A DNA stretch of 64,000 bases from Nitrospirota bacterium (GTDB lineage Bacteria; Nitrospirota; Nitrospiria; JACQBZ01), in the NCBI GenBank assembly GCA_016200255.1, contig JACQFA010000039.1, forward strand, positions 13,678 to 77,677. Direction: 5' to 3'. The notes under the pieces were generated by a model. That model was given only the letters and a program-made list of their open reading frames with translations. It was not told where the DNA came from and searched no databases. Positions 55,601 to 64,000 of the stretch are shown here, one piece after another. Numbering within the stretch: the stretch's first letter is position 1; every line of letters starts with the position of its first letter. The translations under genes were made by a program, and so were the position numbers.

Positions 55601-56347
55601 TCAGAAAATATAATTCACCGCCAGGATCGGGCCGCTGAACACATCCTTCTCCCTGAAACAGAGAAAACCGGTCTGGCCGCAGGAGACTTGATTCGCAGGA
55701 TAATCAATCCGTCGATAAGCGAATCCCGCCACCCCCACGAGCGGCCAGCGGATGCCGGCATAACTCAGTCCTCCCTCGATTGAAAAGCCCTGGATCAAGG
55801 CCAGATTCAAGTAACCGGCCCAGCGCGTGTCCGCCATGGGATGGTCAAGAAGGATCCCCGGACCGACACGGCCCAGTTCAACCGTCGTCGTACAACCCGT
55901 GCAACGGAGATCGGTCGTTTGCCCGTGTCGTAAATAACCCACGTAAGGACTCACCCCCCGCATGACCGTATAACCGACGGCGAGATTCACTTCCGTCAGA
56001 TCGACCTTCGACTTTTGAAGAAACAACGGATCCGAGAAGGAAGACGGCTGCTCTGAAATAGTGAGACTCACGGCCGCCGCCTCGGCGCCGACGAACCAAT
56101 GGTCATAGGAGGCATTCAGCGCCACCGCCGTCATCCAGTTTCCATCGGAAACGGGTGTTTCGATGCGGCGCGTTTCCGAGCCGTCCGTTTTTTCAATTTT
56201 TAACGTCCGTCTCAATGAGAAAAATTGTTCCTTGAGCCCCAGCGCAAACGTCAGTTCGCCCGCGGTCGCCGGCGGGATCGTCGCAGCGAGACCGACCGGC
56301 CCGATCAGAGCGATCAGAAAAACAGCGGCCCCGCCGAATCTCACCAT
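55601..56347 (-). CDS. Putative outer-membrane beta-barrel protein
   Basis: Signal peptide, alternating amphipathic beta-strand pattern, and a C-terminal aromatic terminus ...ILAVNYIF. Confidence 0.5.
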   Translation of the reverse strand: MVRFGGAAVFLIALIGPVGLAATIPPATAGELTFALGLKEQFFSLRRTLKIEKTDGSETRRIETPVSDGNWMTAVALNASYDHWFVGAEAAAVSLTISEQPSSFSDPLFLQKSKVDLTEVNLAVGYTVMRGVSPYVGYLRHGQTTDLRCTGCTTTVELGRVGPGILLDHPMADTRWAGYLNLALIQGFSIEGGLSYAGIRWPLVGVAGFAYRRIDYPANQVSCGQTGFLCFREKDVFSGPILAVNYIF

Positions 56348-56448
56348 GGATGGACGCTTCCCCGGTTTTCAGACAGAAAATCGGGTGTCATGATATCACA
56401 CCATCGTTGCCGTGTCGAACCTGCATGCTGCGAACCGCAGCAGACATG

Positions 56449-57171
56449 TCACCGTGCCGGACGTTGACCGGGTTTCATGCGGCCCGATCCATCCCCTCGA
56501 TGGGCCCGACGGAGCATCTCCTCGCCTTTTTCGATAATCAACATCCGGCCGCTGTTCCGAACCACGCCGCGGCGGGTCAGATCGGCCAGGACCCGTGAGA
56601 CGGTTTCCCGCGAGGCGCCGACCATGTCGGCCAGTTCATGGTGCGTCGGCAGTCGGGTGATGATAAACCCGTCCTCCAGCGGCTTGCCGTGCAGCCGCGC
56701 CAGACGAAGCAGCATGCGCGCCACGCGCCCATAGACGTCCAGGAGCACCAGATCCTGAATCTTCTCATCCGCCCGGCGCAACCGCCGGCTCAACTCGATC
56801 AACATCTTGATCGCGATCTTCGGCTCGCGTTCGACCTGGTTCAAAAACGCGGATCGTTCCAGCACCAAAAGCTCCGTGGGCTCGACCGCGGTCACATGGG
56901 CCGAACGGGGTTCCTGATCCAGAAGCGCCATTTCGCCGAAGAAATCGCCCTGGCCCAGCATGTCCAGAATGATCTCGCGGCCGTCCTCGGATAGATGGAC
57001 CACCTTGGCCCGTCCCGAGACGATCATGAACATGGCCTCCCCCGGATCATCCTCCTGCAGGATGATTGCCCCCTTTGAATAGGCGCGGGTCTTGACCAGC
57101 CGGTAGAGAAGATCAATCTCGGCCGCTTCCAGATCGGCAAAGAGGGGGATCTTTTGAAGCAGATTTTTCAT
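56449..57171 (-). CDS. Crp/Fnr-family transcriptional regulator (cNMP-binding domain plus HTH)
   Basis: cNMP-binding domain (...ILQEDDPGEAMFMIVSGRAKV...) and C-terminal HTH RLPTHHELADMVGASRETVSRVL. The start was chosen at MKNLLQ; the upstream 67 codons of the track ORF are unlikely to be coding. Confidence 0.8.
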   Translation of the reverse strand: MKNLLQKIPLFADLEAAEIDLLYRLVKTRAYSKGAIILQEDDPGEAMFMIVSGRAKVVHLSEDGREIILDMLGQGDFFGEMALLDQEPRSAHVTAVEPTELLVLERSAFLNQVEREPKIAIKMLIELSRRLRRADEKIQDLVLLDVYGRVARMLLRLARLHGKPLEDGFIITRLPTHHELADMVGASRETVSRVLADLTRRGVVRNSGRMLIIEKGEEMLRRAHRGDGSGRMKPGQRPAR

Positions 57172-57352
57172 TTTTAAATTTCCGGCGCAAAGAGGGGGCC
57201 ATTCACTCTCGCTGACGGAAGCAGAACCGGTTTTTGATCTTTCAGAACTATAAGGGGTTTCCTTCCGATTGTCAAAGCAAATTTGTCCCGAAAAAGACCT
57301 TGCTAAGTTCCCGGGATTTTTGAGATAATGAGCCCGCTGATCGGAGAAAATA

Positions 57353-58072
57353 ATGGCCCGACTGGGAGTCAATATTGATCATATCGCCACGCTGCGGCAG
57401 GCCCGCGGCGGAGCCGAACCGGACCCGATCGCGGCCGCCGTGTTGGTGGAACTCGCTGGCGCGGACGGTATCGTGGTCCATCTCCGCGAAGACCGCCGCC
57501 ATATCAAGGACCGCGATCTGCATCTTCTGCGGGAGATGCTCCAGACCAAACTGGATTTAGAGATGGCCCCGGTGGAGGAAATCGTCAAGATCGCGCTGGA
57601 CGTCAAGCCCCACATGGTCACACTGGTACCGGAACGGCGCGAAGAGCTCACGACCGAGGGAGGACTGGACGTCGCCGGAAACCGGGAAGCGCTCCGCGGT
57701 ACGATCAACCTTCTCCATGACGCCGGTATCGCGGTCAGTCTTTTCATCGACTCGGATCTGGATCAGGTGAAGGCCTCGCACCGGATCGGCGCCGACTATA
57801 TCGAGATCCATACCGGCCGATACGTCAATGCCAAGCTGCTCAAGGAACAGGACGCCGAACTGGAGGCGATCCAGCAAACCGCCAAGATGGCCTACAAAGT
57901 CGGGATGGGCGTCAATGCCGGTCACGGGCTCAACTACCGAAACATCAAGCGCCTTCTCCCGATCCATGAAATTGTCGAGTACAATATCGGCCACAGCATC
58001 ATCTCGAGGGCCGTCATGGTCGGACTTCAACAGGCCGTACGGGAAATGAAAGACCTGTTGAACAAAGGTTGA
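57353..58072 (+). CDS. pdxJ: Pyridoxine 5'-phosphate synthase
   Basis: MARLGVNIDHIATLRQARGG.EPDP...HLREDRRHI is the PdxJ signature. Confidence 0.9.
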   Translation: MARLGVNIDHIATLRQARGGAEPDPIAAAVLVELAGADGIVVHLREDRRHIKDRDLHLLREMLQTKLDLEMAPVEEIVKIALDVKPHMVTLVPERREELTTEGGLDVAGNREALRGTINLLHDAGIAVSLFIDSDLDQVKASHRIGADYIEIHTGRYVNAKLLKEQDAELEAIQQTAKMAYKVGMGVNAGHGLNYRNIKRLLPIHEIVEYNIGHSIISRAVMVGLQQAVREMKDLLNKG

Positions 58073-58455
58073 TTCCCATCATCCTCGGCATCGGCATAGA
58101 CCTTGTGAAGAGCGATCGCATCAAGAACGCTGTCCGGAAATGGGACAAGCGGTTCTTGAACCGCATCTTCACCCCGCTGGAACAAGAATACGCCTTCGCA
58201 CATAAACTCCCCCACCTCCATCTGGCCGGGCGGTTCGCCGTCAAGGAGGCCGTCTTAAAGGCACTCGGCACCGGCTGGAGCGGCGGCATTCGGTGGACCG
58301 AAATCAGCGTGATCAACGAACCCGTCGGCAAACCGCGCGTGGAAGTCGCCGGCACCGTCAAAAAACTAATGGACGAACGCGGCGTCAAAGAAATTCAGGT
58401 CAGCATCAGCCACGACACCGACTACTCGATCGCACAAGTGGTCTTGATCGCATGA
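58069..58455 (+). CDS. acpS: Holo-[acyl-carrier-protein] synthase
   Basis: IGIDLV...FTPLEQEY...RFAVKEAVLKALGTG; 4-nt overlap with pdxJ. Confidence 0.85.
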   Translation: MIPIILGIGIDLVKSDRIKNAVRKWDKRFLNRIFTPLEQEYAFAHKLPHLHLAGRFAVKEAVLKALGTGWSGGIRWTEISVINEPVGKPRVEVAGTVKKLMDERGVKEIQVSISHDTDYSIAQVVLIA

Positions 58456-58471
58456 AGAGGAAAAAACCCGG

Positions 58472-60025
58472 GTGATTGTGGTCACCGCCCAAGAGATGCA
58501 GCAACTGGATCGCCGGACGATCGAGGAGTTTCATATTCCAGCCGGCACTCTGATGGAAAATGCCGGTCTCCGCGTCGTGGAGGAGATCGAGAGCGCCTGG
58601 GGTTTCCTGAAGGGAAAGGTCGTTACGATCGCAGCCGGTAAAGGGAACAACGGCGGCGACGGACTGGTCGTCGCGCGGCTGTTGCTTGAGCGATCCGCCC
58701 GCGTCTCGGTCTTTCTTCTGACCCCGTCCGACCAATTGACCGGCGAAGCCTGGGTCAACCTCGAACGCTTTCAAAAAATCTCGGGCCGGATCCATATTCT
58801 AAAAGAGGGAACGCTCGGCGAACTGGAACGGGACCTGTCGCAGAGCGATCTGATCGTGGACGCCCTTTTCGGAACCGGCCTTTCATCCCCGGTCACAGGC
58901 CTTGCGGCCAACGTCATCGCTTCGATCAATGCCTCCGGAAAACCGGTCGTCGCGGTGGATCTCCCGTCCGGAATCCATACCGATACCGGCCGGGTAATGG
59001 GAATCGCGGTCAAGGCCGCGATGACCGTGAGCTTTGCGCTTCCCAAACGGGGTCTCCTGCTTTATCCCGGATCCGACTACACCGGCCGACTGAAGATCGT
59101 GGATATCGGAATCCCCCAGGCCTTGATCCGTCAACTTCCGGCCGATCTCGAATGGATCACCCCGGCTGATGTCGCCGACTCGCTCAAGCGCCGGCCGATC
59201 AGCGCCCACAAGGGAAGCTTCGGCCATGTCCTCGTGATCGCGGGCTCCGGCGGAAAAAGCGGCGCGGCCGTTATGGCCAGCCTGTCCGCGCTTCGGGCCG
59301 GGGCCGGCCTGGTCACGCTCGCGCTTCCATCCGGCCTGGAAGGGACGCTGCCCGACCGGCCGAATGAGATCATGACACTGCCCCTGCCCCAAACAGGTGA
59401 TCGGTCTGTTGGAAAGGCCGCACTGGAACCTCTGATAAAGTTTTCGCAGGGCAAAACAGTCGCGGCAATCGGGCCGGGGCTATCGACCCATCCCGAAACA
59501 GCCGAGCTGGTCCGCGGCCTGATCGCGCAGCTTTCAATCCCGATGGTGATCGATGCCGACGGGCTGAACAACCTCGTCGGCCGCCTGGATTTATTAAAAC
59601 AGGCCCGGGCGCCGATCGTGCTGACGCCGCATCCCGGCGAGATGGCCCGGCTGATCGGAGCGGCCGTTCCGGAGGTGCAGTCCGACCGTTTCGGGGTCGC
59701 GGCCGAGTTTGTGCGGCGCCACTCTGTCACACTTGTGCTGAAAGGCGCGCGAACGATAGTCGCCTCGAAATCCGGCACGATGACGATCAATTCGACCGGC
59801 AATCCCGGCATGGCTACGGCCGGCACGGGAGATGTCTTGACCGGCATGATCGCCGGTCTGATCGCACAGGGCCACGCGCCGGAGCAAGCGGCCCGCCTCG
59901 GAGTTTATCTGCACGGACTGGCCGGGGATCTGGCCGCGGCCGAGATCGGTGAAATCGGGCTTCTTGCCGGAGATTTGATTCATCGCATTCCGGCCGCGAT
60001 CACGAAGGCGCTGGGTCCCGCATGA
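58472..60025 (+). CDS. nnr: Bifunctional NAD(P)H-hydrate epimerase / ADP-dependent dehydratase (YjeF N- and C-terminal domains)
   Basis: N-terminal GKGNNGGDGLVVARLL, C-terminal GSGGKSGAAVM...GTGDVLTG. Confidence 0.9.
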   Translation: MIVVTAQEMQQLDRRTIEEFHIPAGTLMENAGLRVVEEIESAWGFLKGKVVTIAAGKGNNGGDGLVVARLLLERSARVSVFLLTPSDQLTGEAWVNLERFQKISGRIHILKEGTLGELERDLSQSDLIVDALFGTGLSSPVTGLAANVIASINASGKPVVAVDLPSGIHTDTGRVMGIAVKAAMTVSFALPKRGLLLYPGSDYTGRLKIVDIGIPQALIRQLPADLEWITPADVADSLKRRPISAHKGSFGHVLVIAGSGGKSGAAVMASLSALRAGAGLVTLALPSGLEGTLPDRPNEIMTLPLPQTGDRSVGKAALEPLIKFSQGKTVAAIGPGLSTHPETAELVRGLIAQLSIPMVIDADGLNNLVGRLDLLKQARAPIVLTPHPGEMARLIGAAVPEVQSDRFGVAAEFVRRHSVTLVLKGARTIVASKSGTMTINSTGNPGMATAGTGDVLTGMIAGLIAQGHAPEQAARLGVYLHGLAGDLAAAEIGEIGLLAGDLIHRIPAAITKALGPA

Positions 60026-60540
60026 ACAAAACCAGGGCCCGCCGCAATCGTTCTACCGGAACTTCAAAACCGATCAAACTGGGCTGGGTCAGCCGCTCCC
60101 CGGAGGAAACACGCGCATACGGCGAACGGATCGGAAGGCTCCTGACCGGGGGCGAGTGGCTTGCGCTGGAAGGAAAACTCGGAGCCGGAAAGACGCAGTT
60201 CATCCAGGGACTGGCGCGGGGATTGGAGATTACGGATCGTCCGGTCACCAGCCCCACCTTCGTGTTCGTCCATGAATTCCGAGGACGCCGCCCGTTCGCC
60301 CATGTGGATCTGTTTCGGATCGAGCGCGAGGAGGATCTGCTGGATCTCGGCATACTGGAATATCTTGACAGCCCATGGGTGGTTGCGATTGAATGGGCCG
60401 ACAAGGCGGGACGTTTCCTGCCGGCCGAACGACTCACCATCCGACTGACCCACCTGAGCGAGACAAGCCGGACGATCGAGATCGAAGCGGCCGGCGCACG
60501 GGCAAAAAAAATACTGGATGATCTAAAAAGAAAGAATTGA
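60022..60540 (+). CDS. tsaE: tRNA threonylcarbamoyladenosine biosynthesis ATPase TsaE
   Basis: LEGKLGAGKTQFIQGLARGL Walker A and SPTFVFVHEF; ATGA overlap with nnr. Confidence 0.8.
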   Translation: MNKTRARRNRSTGTSKPIKLGWVSRSPEETRAYGERIGRLLTGGEWLALEGKLGAGKTQFIQGLARGLEITDRPVTSPTFVFVHEFRGRRPFAHVDLFRIEREEDLLDLGILEYLDSPWVVAIEWADKAGRFLPAERLTIRLTHLSETSRTIEIEAAGARAKKILDDLKRKN

Positions 60541-61343
60541 TGGATAAAGAATCCGCACGCATCGTCCTCGACAACCTCAGGACCTACATTCAGATGTACC
60601 GGGAATGGGGATTGGAGGGGATAAGCGTAAACCTGAACATCGAAAAACCAGCGAGCAAAGCGAGCGAAAGGGGGAGGCTCCATCCGGCTGTGCCGGTGGA
60701 GGGGGCGACGCGAGCCCCTATGATAATATCAAAATCCGCCGCGCTCGCCGCCCTTCGAACCGAGATCGGCGACTGCACGCGGTGCAAACTGCACACCGGC
60801 CGGACCCATCTCGTGTTCGGGACGGGCGACCCGGAAGCTGGACTGATGTTCGTGGGCGAAGCGCCGGGCGAGGATGAAGACCGGCAGGGCCTGCCCTTTG
60901 TGGGCAAGGCCGGACAGCTCCTCACCCGCATCATCGAGGCGATGGGACTCAAACGGGAGAGCGTTTATATCGCGAACATCATCAAATGCCGTCCGCCCCG
61001 CAACCGGAATCCGGAGCCGGATGAAATCGCCTCCTGCTCCCCGTTCATCCAACGGCAGATCGAGATCCTGCGGCCCAAGGTGGTCTGCGCGCTGGGAAGC
61101 TTCGCGGCCCGGACCCTTCTGGGCACGGGACAAAAGATCTCGCAGCTCCGCGGACGATTTCATGATCTGCCGATCCTGTCGTCCGACGGCTCCACGGCCG
61201 GGATCAAGGTCATGCCGACCTTTCATCCGGCTTACCTGCTGAGAAACCCGGACGATAAAAAACGGGTCTGGGAGGACATGAAAATGATCATGCGTGAACT
61301 GAATCTGCCTGCGCGGACGGCCGGAAGCGGGGCGCCCCCATGA
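60537..61343 (+). CDS. Uracil-DNA glycosylase, family 4 (paralog 2)
   Basis: [38 protein letters not shown]...GKAGQLL...NIIKCRPP. The longest ORF starts at 60537, but the first 61 codons contain the dispersed repeat, so an alternative start at 60720 ([12 protein letters not shown]) is plausible. Confidence 0.8.
   Translation: MMDKESARIVLDNLRTYIQMYREWGLEGISVNLNIEKPASKASERGRLHPAVPVEGATRAPMIISKSAALAALRTEIGDCTRCKLHTGRTHLVFGTGDPEAGLMFVGEAPGEDEDRQGLPFVGKAGQLLTRIIEAMGLKRESVYIANIIKCRPPRNRNPEPDEIASCSPFIQRQIEILRPKVVCALGSFAARTLLGTGQKISQLRGRFHDLPILSSDGSTAGIKVMPTFHPAYLLRNPDDKKRVWEDMKMIMRELNLPARTAGSGAPP
60641..60718. repeat. Dispersed repeat, copy B (short form), in the 5' leader / N-terminal extension of the second UDG gene
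   Basis: ccagcgagcaaagcgagcgaaagggggaggctccatccggctgtgccggtggagggggcgacgcgagcccct matches 3782-3876. It ends in the hairpin GGGGC-gacgcga-GCCCC, which lies 2 nt before an in-frame ATG (60720). Confidence 0.7.
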
Positions 61344-61846
61344 AACGTCTCTGGGCGCCGTGGCGCATGCCGTATCTGAAAAAAAGCCAACCCAAAAGCT
61401 GCATCTTTTGCGTAAAGACAAAACAGAACGATGATCGGGCCAACCTGATCCTGTACCGGGGGCGGCATGCGTTTGCGATGATGAACCTCTACCCCTACAG
61501 CAACGGGCATCTCCTCGTCTCGCCGTACCGCCACGTCGGCTCCATCGAGGATCTCGACCCGGCAACGCTGACGGACCTGATGCGGACCGCACAACGGGCG
61601 CTCCGGGCGGTCCGGCTCGTCTTCAAGCCGGACGCCTTCAACCTCGGCATCAATCAGGGCCGCGAGGCCGGCGCCGGAATCGAGTCTCACGTCCATCTTC
61701 ATGTCGTTCCCCGCTGGAACGGCGACACCAACTTCATGCCGGTGTTGACCGACACCCGCGTCATCCCGGAGCACCTCGAATCCAGTTACGACAAACTGCT
61801 TCCCCTGTTTCAGATCGCCCGGCGAAAAATAAAGGTGAAACGATGA
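61340..61846 (+). CDS. HIT-family protein (Ap4A-phosphorylase-like N-terminus)
   Basis: [13 protein letters not shown]...HVHLHVVPR HIT histidine triad. Confidence 0.75.
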   Translation: MKRLWAPWRMPYLKKSQPKSCIFCVKTKQNDDRANLILYRGRHAFAMMNLYPYSNGHLLVSPYRHVGSIEDLDPATLTDLMRTAQRALRAVRLVFKPDAFNLGINQGREAGAGIESHVHLHVVPRWNGDTNFMPVLTDTRVIPEHLESSYDKLLPLFQIARRKIKVKR

Positions 61847-62166
61847 TTCGCGTTCTGATCTTCATCCTGGTCCTGCTTCTGGGTTTCACGGTCGTCGTCA
61901 AGAACACCGATCAGACGGTGGTGCTCCAGTACTTCTTCAGTCTGGCCACCCCGCCGATTCCGGTCTATCAACTCGTCGCCAGCGTATTCATCCTGGGAAT
62001 GCTTCTGACCGGCCTGATGATTTTTCCGGAATGGGTCCGGATGCGTCTGGAAATACGTCGCCAGCGGAAATCCCTCCAGCGCATCGAGGATGAAATGGCC
62101 CGCCTGCGCCCCCCGAGTCCCGAGATGAGTTCCAAGCCACGGGAATCCAGAGGAGAAGAGACGTAA
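61843..62166 (+). CDS. LapA-like (DUF1049) inner-membrane protein
   Basis: Two TM helices followed by a charged helix (EIRRQRKSLQRIEDEMARLR); ATGA overlap with the upstream gene. Confidence 0.5.
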   Translation: MIRVLIFILVLLLGFTVVVKNTDQTVVLQYFFSLATPPIPVYQLVASVFILGMLLTGLMIFPEWVRMRLEIRRQRKSLQRIEDEMARLRPPSPEMSSKPRESRGEET

Positions 62167-62183
62167 ACGGACGTTCTAAAACC

Positions 62184-64000
62184 ATGACCGACCTCACCCC
62201 CCTGATGAAACAATACAAAGACATCAAGCAGCGTCACACGGACGCCGTCCTGTTTTTTCGCGTGGGCGATTTCTACGAGATGTTTTTCGAGGACGCCGTG
62301 ATCGCCTCCAAGATACTCGAGATCGCGCTGACCTCCCGCGACAAATCCAAGGAAGACGCGGTGCCGCTCTGCGGCATTCCCTATCACGCCGCCTCGACCT
62401 ACATCGCCAAACTGATCCGGGCCGGAAAGAGCGTCGCGATCTGCGACCAGGTTGAGGACTCCGCGACGGCCAAGGGGCTGGTCCGCCGCGAAGTGGTCCG
62501 GGTCGTCACCCCGGGCACATTGATCGAACCGGAGCTTCTGACCGCCGATGAAAACAACTACCTTGCGTCCGTCGCTTTTTCCAAGACCGGCTGCGGTTTG
62601 GCCTTCGTGGATCTCTCGACGGGCGAGTTCAACCTGACCCAGTTCGACGGCCCCGCCGCGGAAGACGAACTGCGTTCCGAACTGAGCCGCCTGGAACCCA
62701 AAGAGATCCTTCTACCCGAATCGGAGCAGGCACGGGTTGAGGCCTGGATGAAGCAGCCGGCCGACGCTTCGACGTCGGCGGCGCAGCTACGCCGGTTTAC
62801 CGACACGGCCTTTCATCCCGGAACGGCCCGGCAGGCGCTTCTGGATCATTTCCACCTTCAGTCCCTGGCCGTTTTCGGCTGCGAGGAAATTCCGACGGCC
62901 GTCGCGGCCGCAGGCGCGCTCCTGCGTCATCTTCAAGAGACCCAGCTCACGGCCCTGGGACATTTAAACCGTTTAAGACAGTACCGGCGCGCGGATCATC
63001 TCATTCTGGACTCGATCGCGCAACGGAATCTGGAGCTGACCCGGCGTCTGATTGACGGCCGGCCGGATGGCTCGCTGCTCTGGGCGCTGGACCGGACTCT
63101 TACGCCGATGGGTGCGCGCCTTCTCCGAAACTGGCTGCTTCAGCCGCTGCTGGATATCGCCGCGATCCGGATGCGACAGTCCGCGATCGAAACCTTCCTG
63201 ATCGAGACGACACGGCGCGCCCGTCTCCGCGCTATCCTGAAGAAGATCGCCGACCTGGAACGAATCATCGGACGGATTTCGCTCGGATCGGGCGGTGCCC
63301 GCGATCTGGTTCAACTCAAGACCTCGATCACACAGCTTCCGGCCGTCTACAAAGGTCTGTCGGAACAAGACCCCTCGGACCCGGGATCGGCCGGGCCTTC
63401 CATTCTGGAATCGATCCGCACCGGGTGGGACGATCTCACCGATCTCCAGTCTCGTATTGAACAAACGCTGGTGGACGACCCGCCGCCGGGGCTGCGCGAC
63501 GGCGGATTCATCCGGGACGGCGTGGATCCGGCCCTGGACGAGTTGAAAATGATCTCCCGTGATGGAAAACGCTGGCTCTCGGCGCTGGAAGCGAAAGAGC
63601 TGGAGCGGACCGGGATCGACTCGCTCAAGGTTCGCTATAACCAGGTGTTCGGTTACTACATCGAGGTGACGAAAACGCACCTCTCGCGCGTGCCGCCGGA
63701 TTACCACCGCAAACAGACGCTGGTCAATGCCGAGCGGTTCATCACGCCCGAACTAAAAGAACTGGAAACCAAGGTCATCGGGGCGGAGGAACGCAGCCGG
63801 GGGCTTGAAACCGAAATCTTCGAGCGGCTGCGGGTCGAAATCGCGGCCGCGGCGTCGCGTGTCCAGACGATGGCCCGGTCGGTCGCCCTTCTGGATGTTT
63901 TAGCCGCGCTGGCCGAGGTCGCGGCCGCGGAGCATTATGTCAAACCGGAGGTTCACGACGGCGACGATATCCGGATCACCGACGGCCGCCATCCGATGCT
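62184..64000 (+). CDS. mutS: DNA mismatch repair protein MutS (partial; extends past the window end)
   Basis: Translation from the ATG at 62184 gives MTDLTPLMKQYKDIKQRHTDAVLFFRVGDFYEMFFEDA, the MutS domain I. The frame stays open to 64000. It is absent from the track because no stop lies within the window. Confidence 0.9.
   Translation, partial: MTDLTPLMKQYKDIKQRHTDAVLFFRVGDFYEMFFEDAVIASKILEIALTSRDKSKEDAVPLCGIPYHAASTYIAKLIRAGKSVAICDQVEDSATAKGLVRREVVRVVTPGTLIEPELLTADENNYLASVAFSKTGCGLAFVDLSTGEFNLTQFDGPAAEDELRSELSRLEPKEILLPESEQARVEAWMKQPADASTSAAQLRRFTDTAFHPGTARQALLDHFHLQSLAVFGCEEIPTAVAAAGALLRHLQETQLTALGHLNRLRQYRRADHLILDSIAQRNLELTRRLIDGRPDGSLLWALDRTLTPMGARLLRNWLLQPLLDIAAIRMRQSAIETFLIETTRRARLRAILKKIADLERIIGRISLGSGGARDLVQLKTSITQLPAVYKGLSEQDPSDPGSAGPSILESIRTGWDDLTDLQSRIEQTLVDDPPPGLRDGGFIRDGVDPALDELKMISRDGKRWLSALEAKELERTGIDSLKVRYNQVFGYYIEVTKTHLSRVPPDYHRKQTLVNAERFITPELKELETKVIGAEERSRGLETEIFERLRVEIAAAASRVQTMARSVALLDVLAALAEVAAAEHYVKPEVHDGDDIRITDGRHPM

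Overview
This is a GC-rich (~60%) bacterial chromosomal segment with dense, mostly housekeeping coding on both strands. I found no rRNA, tRNA or CRISPR. Recognisable genes are listed here; "(5')" marks a partial gene whose 3' end lies beyond window position 1.

- **Central metabolism and cofactors:** gltB (5'), acs, pdxJ, acpS, nnr, tsaE, cca, arfB, plsC, yggX.
- **DNA repair:** mutY, two family-4 uracil-DNA glycosylases, and mutS (3' end truncated at the window edge).
- **Two-component systems:** one hybrid PAS histidine kinase and a CusRS-like pair.
- **Other identifiable products:**
  - an ABC-F ATPase and a YhcC-type radical SAM protein;
  - a large B12-binding radical SAM protein;
  - a DJ-1 protein, a rhodanese, a HAD hydrolase and an SDR oxidoreductase;
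  - two NirD-like Rieske proteins and a Crp/Fnr regulator.
- **Repeat proteins:** SBBP, NHL, ankyrin and TPR families.

The most unusual locus is a translationally coupled minus-strand operon at 37.3–40.3 kb. It encodes a MerR-like regulator, a canonical ParA/MinD ATPase, a degenerate ParA-like protein and a 190-aa unknown. The degenerate protein has lost the P-loop but starts with a ParB-like "KKRLGKGL" N-terminal peptide. I read this as a candidate undescribed ParA-based positioning system.

Other notable points:
- a lower-GC island at about 44.8–48.4 kb bounded by a duplicated promoter;
- a dispersed ~70-nt hairpin-containing 5'-UTR repeat present twice;
- an apparently frameshifted moaB;
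- an envelope lipoprotein cluster (LpoB-like, two LPP20 proteins, an S1 protease and an outer-membrane beta-barrel);
- several palindromic operator-like sites.

Many long ORFs in the six-frame track are GC-driven antisense artefacts and are not reported.
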